Source: Lentimicrobiaceae bacterium
Lineage (GTDB): Bacteria > Bacteroidota > Bacteroidia > Bacteroidales > JALOCA01
Assembly: GCA_023227965.1 (NCBI GenBank)
Contig: JALOCA010000001.1
Coordinates: 3,490-67,489, forward strand
Length of the DNA stretch: 64,000 nt
Direction of reading: 5' to 3'
In this document: in pieces, positions 56,538 to 64,000 of the stretch
Layout: every line of letters starts with the position of its first letter
How positions within the stretch are numbered: the stretch's first letter is position 1
Position numbers and translations under genes: made by a program
The notes under the pieces: model-generated
Databases searched by the model: none
Told to the model about the DNA's origin: nothing
What the model saw: only the letters and a program-made list of their open reading frames with translations

Positions 56538-58577
56538 TTAGTTATAGGTCGGTAAATAGGAATAATGTTTACCATATTCTATCATTTGAATGGAAAAATT
56601 ATCAGGGTAAGATATTTTTACATCCATAATCTTGCCATCTTTAGTAACCGGAGTGAAAACCGGGTTGATAAATCCGCCGTAAGGAGCAATGTTCAGTTTT
56701 TTGAAACGTTCCAGTACTTCTGCATGCAGTTTCTGATCCACCTTTACGCCATAGTTTTCCGCCAGGGTTTTGCCCGCTTCGTAATCACCTTCTGATTTTA
56801 TCCGCTGAATTTCGGCTAATAACTTCCCAAACAAGGTTTTTAATTTAGCATAATCATTGATTACAAAATAGGTTTCCCCATCTTTGGTTTTTCTTTCGAT
56901 AACATTTTCTGCTTTGCCTTTTTCATACGCCCAACCTGCAATCAACTGGCGGTTACGCATATGAGATTCTTCAATATTTTTTCCCGGCTGAATGCGGGTA
57001 AGCTGAGTCATCAGTCCATTGCGGATATACGAATTGTATTCGGCTTTGGCTACATCCAAAGATGGAATTAACCCGAGTTCAACCAATTTATTATCCATCA
57101 GATAATACAAAGCAAACAGATCGGCACGTGCTTCTTCGAGCGTACTTTGATAGTTTTTTAGTGCTTCGCTGCTGGTACCGGGAAGTAGCTGCCCGGAACC
57201 ATGTCCGAGGCATTCGTGCAAATCGGTATGCAGATTACTTGCCAGCGAACCATATTTGCGTGCAAGGGCAATTTCATCTTTGGAATAAGCGAATTCTTCG
57301 AGGAAGCCATTTCCAAGCGCAGCCTGGTCGTAAGCATAGGTAATGTTATCCATGGTAACTGATTTTGAGCCAAAATCCTTACGGATCCAGTCGGCATTCG
57401 GAAGGTTAATTCCGATAGGAGTAGAAGGAGAACAATCGCCTCCAAGCTGGGCAACAGTGATTACTTTTGCAGTAACACCTTTTACCTCTTTTTTCCTGAA
57501 GCGGGGATCAACAGGTGAATGATCTTCGAACCATTGTGCATTGGAACTGATAGTTTCGGTACGTTTGGTTGCTTCTACATCTTTAAAATCAACCACCGAT
57601 TCCCAGGTAGCTTTCATACTAAGGGGGTCTTCGTAATTTTCAACGAAACCATTTACAACGTCCACGTTGCTTTGCAGGTCTTTTACCCAAAGAATATTAT
57701 ATTCGTCCCAGGTTTTCAAATTTCCGGTACGGTAATATTCTATCAGCTTTTGCAAAACGGCTTTCTGCTGATCGTTTTCGGCAACGGTAACGGCTTTTTC
57801 GAGCCAGTAAACTATTTTTTCGATAGCCTGGGTATATAAACCTCCTACTTTGTAGGTTTCTTCCATTATTTTACCATCCTTTTTCACCAGTTTGGAATTT
57901 AATCCGTAAGAAATGGGGGTAGTATCGTCGGCTTTTTTCATTTTGGCATAAAAAGCTTCTGCTTCTTTTTCGTTAACTCCATCGTAAAAGTTAACTGCCG
58001 AATTCAGTACAAGGTCTTTATCTGCATCTAAAGTTACTTTTTTAGGAGCAATATTCGGATCAAAAATTATCGGGGTAATCTCTTTAGTGAACTCGTCCAA
58101 AGTTTGTCCTTTACGCAGGGGAAATTTAGCTCCTTTGGAATTTTTTACCAAAGTAACAAAGTATTTCTGAGGGAAATCAGGAACAAACTTATCAGAAGAA
58201 TAATGATGATGGATGCCATTGGAGAACCATACTCTTTTGGTATAAACCATAAATTTTTTGAAATCTTCTGTTTCGCGGGTACCGGTATAGTGCATAACAA
58301 TCTGTTCCAGCGTACGACGGATAGCTAAATTGTATTTATAATTCTGATCGTAGAAAATATCCCGGCCACAAAGGGCAGCCTGGCTCAGGTAATAAATCAT
58401 TTCTTTCTGGTTCAGACTAAGCTTTTCGAAGCCCGGAACCTGGTAGCGCATGATTTTTAAATCAGCAAATTGTTCTGCCAGAAATTTGAAATCGTCTTTC
58501 GGGGTTTCTTTTTGGGGTTGTGCACATGCACCTGCAAGAAATAAAATCGTCATTGCTGTAGTGATTATTCGTTTCAT
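56538..58577 (-). CDS. Dipeptidyl-peptidase III (M49 family), lipoprotein form
   Basis: The M49 zinc motifs are HECLGHGSG (HExxGH) and EEARADL (EExxAD). The signal and lipobox are MKRIITTAMTILFLAGAC (start trimmed to this Met). Confidence 0.85.
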   Translation of the reverse strand: MKRIITTAMTILFLAGACAQPQKETPKDDFKFLAEQFADLKIMRYQVPGFEKLSLNQKEMIYYLSQAALCGRDIFYDQNYKYNLAIRRTLEQIVMHYTGTRETEDFKKFMVYTKRVWFSNGIHHHYSSDKFVPDFPQKYFVTLVKNSKGAKFPLRKGQTLDEFTKEITPIIFDPNIAPKKVTLDADKDLVLNSAVNFYDGVNEKEAEAFYAKMKKADDTTPISYGLNSKLVKKDGKIMEETYKVGGLYTQAIEKIVYWLEKAVTVAENDQQKAVLQKLIEYYRTGNLKTWDEYNILWVKDLQSNVDVVNGFVENYEDPLSMKATWESVVDFKDVEATKRTETISSNAQWFEDHSPVDPRFRKKEVKGVTAKVITVAQLGGDCSPSTPIGINLPNADWIRKDFGSKSVTMDNITYAYDQAALGNGFLEEFAYSKDEIALARKYGSLASNLHTDLHECLGHGSGQLLPGTSSEALKNYQSTLEEARADLFALYYLMDNKLVELGLIPSLDVAKAEYNSYIRNGLMTQLTRIQPGKNIEESHMRNRQLIAGWAYEKGKAENVIERKTKDGETYFVINDYAKLKTLFGKLLAEIQRIKSEGDYEAGKTLAENYGVKVDQKLHAEVLERFKKLNIAPYGGFINPVFTPVTKDGKIMDVKISYPDNFSIQMIEYGKHYSYLPTYN

Positions 58578-58668
58578 AAAAATAAAGTTAAATAGTAATG
58601 GATTATAAGTCATATTTTTTTTGTCTTTTCCGGATATTATCCTGGCATTAATGTGATAACATAAGTCT

Positions 58669-59970
58669 TTATTTCAGCTCGGCTACCAGTTGTTTCAATT
58701 TAGTTTCGGCAATTTTCAGTGAATATTCAAAATTAATACGGCGGGTTTGCGACTGTACAAAATACTCTTGTGCCTGATGCACTTCAAGCGAAGTGGTTTG
58801 CCCTTGCCGGAGACGTGCCAGGCAGATGTCGAGATTTTCGCGTGCAAGCTTTTCGTTGTCTTTTTCAATCTGAAGCATTGATTGCTGATGCTCAAAATCG
58901 CTCAGCGCATTCAGCAGTTGTGTATTCACCTGCAATTTTTGGTTTTCCAGAGCATCCTGCGCCGATTGTAACTGTGTTTTGGCAACGGAAATTTGTCGCA
59001 TCCTGTTTCCCGACTCGAAAACCGGGAAAGAGATACTTCCCATAAGCTGAGGTCCCAGGTTATGATTTTTTATTACCGAGCCAGCCGAATAATCGTTTTG
59101 CGAAAAATAATATCCCGCATCCATGTTCAGCGAAGGAAGACGAAGCCGGTTGTATTCCTTCAGGCTAAGCCGGGATATATCCACCTGCTTCTGGTACCAG
59201 AGAACGCCGGTATTTGCAGAAAATATTTTAGCATTCAGTTCCTTCACATCCGGCTGATAATTCAGAGGGATGCTGTCGGATACTTCGAGGTTGGCATCGG
59301 CTTTTAATCCCAATAACTGGTACAGGCTGCGTTTGGCTGTTCCGATGGCTATTTGCTGAAGAATCGCATTTTCATGGTAAACATTCAGGTCAATTTTTGC
59401 CTGGAGCAATTCTGTTTTCGGAATAAGCCCGGCATTGAATGATGTAGCCGAGATGTTCACCCTCTCTTCATTGAATCGAATGGCTTCGTTGATGGAGACA
59501 AGCTGTTGTTTTTGCCGAATAACTTCGTAATACGAAGCCACAACGTCGTAAACTGTCTGCAAAACATTGTCGCGAAACAAAATTTCTCCCTGTGCTTCTA
59601 TTTCTTCCAGTTTGTTTTTGGTTACAAACATTTTTCCTCCGTCAAACAATGTCCACGAAAGTGTAGCACCTGCATTGATAGCATTCGACGAAAAAGAATG
59701 GTTTTTAGCATCGCTTCCATCCTCGAATTTCTGATAATTATCATTTAAAGCATATTTATCAGAGCCTGTAAGCCCTATTTCGGGTAGCATACCGGCATTT
59801 CCTGCGGTATTATTCAGTTTATTGATTTCTGCTTCACTTCTTGCAATGCGGATGTCGTAATTATTTTTTAAAGCCATGTCAATTGCTTCGTCCACAGATA
59901 TTATTTTTTGGGCAGAAAGTAGCTGGCTGAAAAATATAAATGTAAAGAAGAATATTGTCAGTTTTTTCAT
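58669..59970 (-). CDS. TolC-family outer-membrane efflux protein
   Basis: A signal peptide is followed by two repeated coiled-coil/beta halves typical of OEP proteins (433 aa). Its start overlaps the upstream RND gene's stop by 4 nt. Confidence 0.85.
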   Translation of the reverse strand: MKKLTIFFFTFIFFSQLLSAQKIISVDEAIDMALKNNYDIRIARSEAEINKLNNTAGNAGMLPEIGLTGSDKYALNDNYQKFEDGSDAKNHSFSSNAINAGATLSWTLFDGGKMFVTKNKLEEIEAQGEILFRDNVLQTVYDVVASYYEVIRQKQQLVSINEAIRFNEERVNISATSFNAGLIPKTELLQAKIDLNVYHENAILQQIAIGTAKRSLYQLLGLKADANLEVSDSIPLNYQPDVKELNAKIFSANTGVLWYQKQVDISRLSLKEYNRLRLPSLNMDAGYYFSQNDYSAGSVIKNHNLGPQLMGSISFPVFESGNRMRQISVAKTQLQSAQDALENQKLQVNTQLLNALSDFEHQQSMLQIEKDNEKLARENLDICLARLRQGQTTSLEVHQAQEYFVQSQTRRINFEYSLKIAETKLKQLVAELK

Positions 59971-62900
59971 TTTTTTATCTCCTCATTATATGGTGTGGAA
60001 GGCTCAAATTTTGTCTCATCATGTTTTTTGCCAGACATCAGGGCATACATGTTCGGGATAACAAACAGGGTTAGCAATAGCGAAAACAGCAATCCAAACA
60101 CTATCACTATTCCGAGAGACACACGGCTTTCGGCACCAGTTCCAAGGTTAAGGGCAATGGGTAATGCACCAAAAGTAGTGGCAAGGGTAGTCATTAAGAT
60201 AGGGCGCAAACGGGCAGAAGCGGCTTCAAAGGCGGCTTCTGTTTTATTCAGCCCGGCTTTGCGTTTCTGGTTGGCAAATTCCACAATCAGAATACCGTTT
60301 TTGGTTACCATCCCAATGAGTAATAACATTCCGATTTCGGAGAAAATATTGAGTGTTTGCCCGAATATCCAAAGCGAAAGCATGGCACCCGAAACAGCAA
60401 AAGGCACTGTAAGCATGATGATAAACGGATCGCGGAAGCTTTCAAACTGCGCTGCCAAAATAAGATAGATGAGCAACAGTGCAAGAATAAGGGCAAAGGA
60501 AATGTTGGAATTGCTTTCGGCAAAATCACGCGAAGAGCCAGAAAGTGCCGTATTAAAGGAATTGTCGAGCAGCTTGGATGCAATTTTTTGCATTTCTTCT
60601 ATTCCCTCACCGAGCGTTTTTTTGTCGGCAAGGTTTGCTGAGATGGTTGCCGATTTGTAACGGTTGTAATGATAAAGGGTTGGAGGGTTGCTGTTTTCTT
60701 CAATGTTCACCAGATTATCCAATTGAATCATAGCTCCTGTGTTGTTACGAACGTAGAGTGAACTGATGTCGGCTGGCTTGTTACGGTCTTCGCGGTCAAC
60801 CTGGCCTATGACGTAGTACTGTTTGTTGTTTCGCAAAAAATATCCGGTACGATTTCCGCTTAAAGCCCAGTTCAAGGCATCAGATACGTCTTTTTCGTTT
60901 ACTCCCAGGCTGGTGGCTTTCAGACGGTCAACGGTAATGTTCAATTCGGGTTTATTGAATTTCAAATCCACATCCACATTGCTAAAGACATGGCTTTTTT
61001 GAGCTTCTTCAAGAAATTTAGGCAACACCTGTTTAATTTTGTTGAAATCAAGGTTCTGAATTACAAACTGAACCGGCAATCCTCTTGACCCGGAAGTGCT
61101 AATGGTAGCTTCCTGGCTTGCAATGATGCGGGCTTCCGGCATTTTTTTGTATGCTTTTGATAATTTCTCGTAGATTTTTTGTTGTGATATTTTACGTTCT
61201 TCAGGTTGTGACAATACAGTCATTACAAATCCGGTATTTACCCCCGACGACATGCCTCCACCATACCTTGCCATCACATATTGGGCTTCGGATATGGAAT
61301 CCATCTGCAGTTTTACTATTTCATCAATGATTTTTTGGGTTGTACTGAATTCAGTTCCTTCTGGTGCTGTAATTGATGTTCTTACAAAGCTGTGGTCTTC
61401 CAAAGGAGCAAGTTCTGATTTTAATATTCTGGAAAGACTAATGATTAAAATAACACATAACCCAATGATAGCAAAAGAAGTCCATTTATGTCCGATAAAG
61501 AAACGAAGCATCCGCCGGTATCCATTTTCGAGCCCGACAAAAAATGGTTCGGTAGCCTTGTAAAAACGTGAATGATGGCTGGCAGAACCCCCCAGTTTTA
61601 CATTTAACACCGGGGTAAGAGTAAGCGATACAAACGCAGAAATGAGTACTGCACTGGCTACTACAATTCCAAATTCGCGGAACAATCTTCCGGTAAATCC
61701 CTGCAGAAAAATCACCGGAATAAATACGATGGCAAGGGTAAACGAAGTGGAAATAACGGCAAAAAATATTTCGCGTGAACCTTCAAATGCCGCCTGCCAT
61801 TTATTCATACCCTTTTCTATACGTTTGTAAATATTTTCGGTAACCACAATTCCATCGTCAACTACCAGTCCTGTCGCCAGCACTATCCCAAGCAAGGTTA
61901 AAACATTGATGGAAAAGCCGAAAATATACATCACAAACAGTGTCCCGATCAATGAAATTGGAATATCAATCAATGGTCGTAAAGCGATGATCCAGCTTCT
62001 GAAGAACAAAAAGATGATGGTTACTACCAATGCAATAGCGATAATCAAAGTAAGAATAACATCTTCCACCGATTGACGTACGAAGATGGATTTATCACGC
62101 ATTACGCTTAATTGTATTCCGGAAGGAAGGTTTTCCTGAACCTGGTTAAGCCGTTTATAAAATTCGTCGGCAATCTGGATATCATTAGCCCCTGGCATAG
62201 GGATAAGCACCAGGGTAAGTGCCTGGGCACCGTTGCAACTGCCATTCGACTCTTCATTTTGAGGTCCCAACACAGCTTCACCCACATCGCTGAAACGTAT
62301 TATCTGATTGTCTTTTTGTTTTATTATAAGATTGTTAAAATCATCTTCCGTTACCAGCCTTCCATAAGTTTTAATGGTAAGTTCGGTAGCATCGCCACGG
62401 ATTTTTCCGGCAGGAAGCTCTACATTTTCTTTGGTGAGGGCTGTGTTTACATCTTCGGGCGTAAGTCCGTATGCAGCCATTTTTTCCGGATTCAGCCACA
62501 AGCGCATTGCCGGTTTTTGTTGCCCGTAAATTCCTACCGAGCTTACACCGGGTATGGTCTGAAATTTTTGCTGAAGGATATTTTCAGCATAATCACTCAG
62601 ATCGAGAGCATTCATCGAAGTGCTTTGTACGGTAAGCATGATGATAGGGTCGCCGTTGGCGTCCGATTTGGTAACTGTGGGTTGTGCATCAATGTCTTGT
62701 GGAAGTCTTCGCATGGCTTGCGATACTTTATCGCGTACATCATTGGCTGCCTTTTCCATGTCGGAACCCAGGTTGAATTCTACCGAAATAATACTGGTTC
62801 CGATGGCGGAAGTGGAAGTAATGGTTTTTACGCCTTCAATTCCATTGATAGATTTTTCGAGATTTTCGGTAATCTGCGATTCGATGATTTCGGCATTGGC

Positions 62901-63059
62901 ACCGGTGTAATTAGTCTGAACGGTGATAATGGGCGGGTCAATAGCAGGGAAAAGCCGTATTCCTAAGAAAGAAAATCCAACCAGACCCATCAACACGATT
63001 GCGAGGCTCATCACCGTAGCCCCAATCGGACGTTTCAGTGCATAGTCTGATAATATCAT
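59967..63059 (-). CDS. RND efflux transporter permease (AcrB/HAE1-like)
   Basis: The protein is 1030 aa with 12-TM architecture and two large periplasmic loops. The N-terminus is ALKRPIGATVMSLAIVLMGLVGF, and the TM4 region VLATGLVVDDGIVVTENI is conserved. Confidence 0.95.
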   Translation of the reverse strand: MILSDYALKRPIGATVMSLAIVLMGLVGFSFLGIRLFPAIDPPIITVQTNYTGANAEIIESQITENLEKSINGIEGVKTITSTSAIGTSIISVEFNLGSDMEKAANDVRDKVSQAMRRLPQDIDAQPTVTKSDANGDPIIMLTVQSTSMNALDLSDYAENILQQKFQTIPGVSSVGIYGQQKPAMRLWLNPEKMAAYGLTPEDVNTALTKENVELPAGKIRGDATELTIKTYGRLVTEDDFNNLIIKQKDNQIIRFSDVGEAVLGPQNEESNGSCNGAQALTLVLIPMPGANDIQIADEFYKRLNQVQENLPSGIQLSVMRDKSIFVRQSVEDVILTLIIAIALVVTIIFLFFRSWIIALRPLIDIPISLIGTLFVMYIFGFSINVLTLLGIVLATGLVVDDGIVVTENIYKRIEKGMNKWQAAFEGSREIFFAVISTSFTLAIVFIPVIFLQGFTGRLFREFGIVVASAVLISAFVSLTLTPVLNVKLGGSASHHSRFYKATEPFFVGLENGYRRMLRFFIGHKWTSFAIIGLCVILIISLSRILKSELAPLEDHSFVRTSITAPEGTEFSTTQKIIDEIVKLQMDSISEAQYVMARYGGGMSSGVNTGFVMTVLSQPEERKISQQKIYEKLSKAYKKMPEARIIASQEATISTSGSRGLPVQFVIQNLDFNKIKQVLPKFLEEAQKSHVFSNVDVDLKFNKPELNITVDRLKATSLGVNEKDVSDALNWALSGNRTGYFLRNNKQYYVIGQVDREDRNKPADISSLYVRNNTGAMIQLDNLVNIEENSNPPTLYHYNRYKSATISANLADKKTLGEGIEEMQKIASKLLDNSFNTALSGSSRDFAESNSNISFALILALLLIYLILAAQFESFRDPFIIMLTVPFAVSGAMLSLWIFGQTLNIFSEIGMLLLIGMVTKNGILIVEFANQKRKAGLNKTEAAFEAASARLRPILMTTLATTFGALPIALNLGTGAESRVSLGIVIVFGLLFSLLLTLFVIPNMYALMSGKKHDETKFEPSTPYNEEIKK

Positions 63060-64000
63060 AAGGAGCCGTTTTTAACGCTGGAAAATTTTAGGTTCATTCC
63101 GTCCTTAATGAAAAGAATACCGGTAGTAACTATCGTATCACCGCTTTGGATGCCATCGGTAATTTCAATAGACGATTCTCTGCGGACACCGGTTTTCACT
63201 TTTACGAAAGTTGCCTTCCCATTTTTAGATACAATGACACTTTTATCGCGTTCGGAAGGGATGATTGCCTGTGTTGGTATCATCAGTGCCTGATTATTTT
63301 TTCCAAGAATGAGTTCTACGGTGGCAAAAGCTCCGGGTGTAAGCTCATCAGATTTGCTGTTAACCAAAGCGCGTATTTTTAAATTTCGGGTATCCTGCTC
63401 AATTTCGCGTTCAGTAGCCATCACTGTGGCATCATAGTGTTTGTCTGCGCCTCTTACGGTAAACTGAATTTTTATTCCCGGTTTTAACTCACTGCTGTAT
63501 TGTTCGGGAACACTAAAGTCGAGTTTTAGTTTTTCTACAGTTCGAATGGTTGCAAGAGAAGTTGAGGCGTTTACTATTGCCCCGACACTGATGCTCCGTA
63601 GCCCGATAACTCCGTCGAAAGGTGCACGGATTTCCGTTTTGCGGATTTGTGTCTGCAAAACTTCGATATCGGCTTTGGTGGATTGTATCTGGAGAACTGT
63701 TTGGTCGTAATCCTGTTGGCTGAGCCCGCTCACTTTCATCAGTTCGCTTTGCCGTTTGTTGGTTTGTTCAAATATGGCAAGTTGTGCTTTTAGCTTGTTA
63801 AGGTTAGCCTGAAGGTCACCATCGAAGAGTTTTACCAGTAAACTTCCTTCTTTTACGAATTTACCTTCCGGTAAATTAATTTTTACAACCCTACCTGAAA
63901 TTTCGGGCATAAGCACCGTTTCTTCAAAAGGTTTCAGCGTTCCAGAAACGGTGATGGTTTTATCCAACTGGGTAGACTTTACCACATAAGCGGTTAAAAA
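63056..64000 (-). CDS. RND efflux periplasmic adaptor (membrane-fusion protein), N-terminus outside window
   Basis: The frame is open to the window end. Lipoyl, hairpin, beta-barrel and MP domains follow the expected order (PEISGRVVKINLPEG..., coiled QANLNKLKAQLAIFEQ..., IRAPFDGVIG). It overlaps the RND gene start by 4 nt. Confidence 0.85.
   Translation of the reverse strand, partial: FLTAYVVKSTQLDKTITVSGTLKPFEETVLMPEISGRVVKINLPEGKFVKEGSLLVKLFDGDLQANLNKLKAQLAIFEQTNKRQSELMKVSGLSQQDYDQTVLQIQSTKADIEVLQTQIRKTEIRAPFDGVIGLRSISVGAIVNASTSLATIRTVEKLKLDFSVPEQYSSELKPGIKIQFTVRGADKHYDATVMATEREIEQDTRNLKIRALVNSKSDELTPGAFATVELILGKNNQALMIPTQAIIPSERDKSVIVSKNGKATFVKVKTGVRRESSIEITDGIQSGDTIVTTGILFIKDGMNLKFSSVKNGSL

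Noticed and set aside
62112-62966. A 284-aa ORF antisense to the RND permease gene. Similar long antisense ORFs occur at 19019-19648, 33506-33967, 59995-60468, 12339-12785 and 38254-38688.
   Set aside because: Each lies entirely within, and opposite to, a gene with strong family motifs. Their translations are low-complexity (F/L/I/R/C-rich) with no recognisable motifs, which is typical of shadow ORFs.
1-64000. Search for tRNA, rRNA, tmRNA, RNase P, SRP RNA and common riboswitches in all intergenic regions
   Set aside because: I saw no cloverleaf-compatible sequence (no GTTCGAATC-type T-arm in intergenic DNA) and no conserved core motifs of these RNAs. A covariance-model scan would be needed to exclude them formally.

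Overview
The window looks like a chromosomal segment from a Bacteroidota-type genome. Three proteins end in type-A T9SS C-terminal sorting domains, many have lipoprotein or signal peptides, and folP-cdaA and DUF1599/BT_3928/tpiA neighbourhoods are present. I support about 46 protein-coding genes. Most are housekeeping or cell-envelope genes: folP, cdaA, tpiA, ftsE, dapD, ruvX, def, prmA, tsaC, a GT51 transglycosylase, GT1/GT4/GT9 glycosyltransferases and an AmgK/MurU-like pair. There is also a notable set of peptidases (S9, M1, papain-like T9SS giant, M28, M49), an MFS transporter, a porin, and a TolC/RND/adaptor efflux operon that runs off the 3' end. I found no rRNA, tRNA, CRISPR array, cas gene, transposase, integrase, reverse transcriptase or recognisable defence or toxin-antitoxin module, and no convincing new multi-gene system. 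The features that ordinary annotation does not explain are: (1) an ORF-free 1.8-kb gap at 24.4-26.2 kb holding a ~476-bp array of ~23 degenerate ~21-bp units with helically phased T-tracts; (2) a second, exactly phased 21-bp array of alternating TTCCG/CGGAA half-sites at 51.14-51.26 kb; (3) a 295-bp direct repeat (an orphan T9SS C-terminal-domain fragment plus a conserved strand-specific hairpin) bracketing a visibly AT-richer ~5-kb cassette that encodes a TPR/LuxR membrane regulator and a T9SS cargo protein; (4) a fusion of an AmgK-like sugar kinase to a RapZ C-terminal domain, in an operon with a MurU-like nucleotidyltransferase. All functional readings come from motifs read by eye and remembered family signatures. 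No database search or numerical computation was run.
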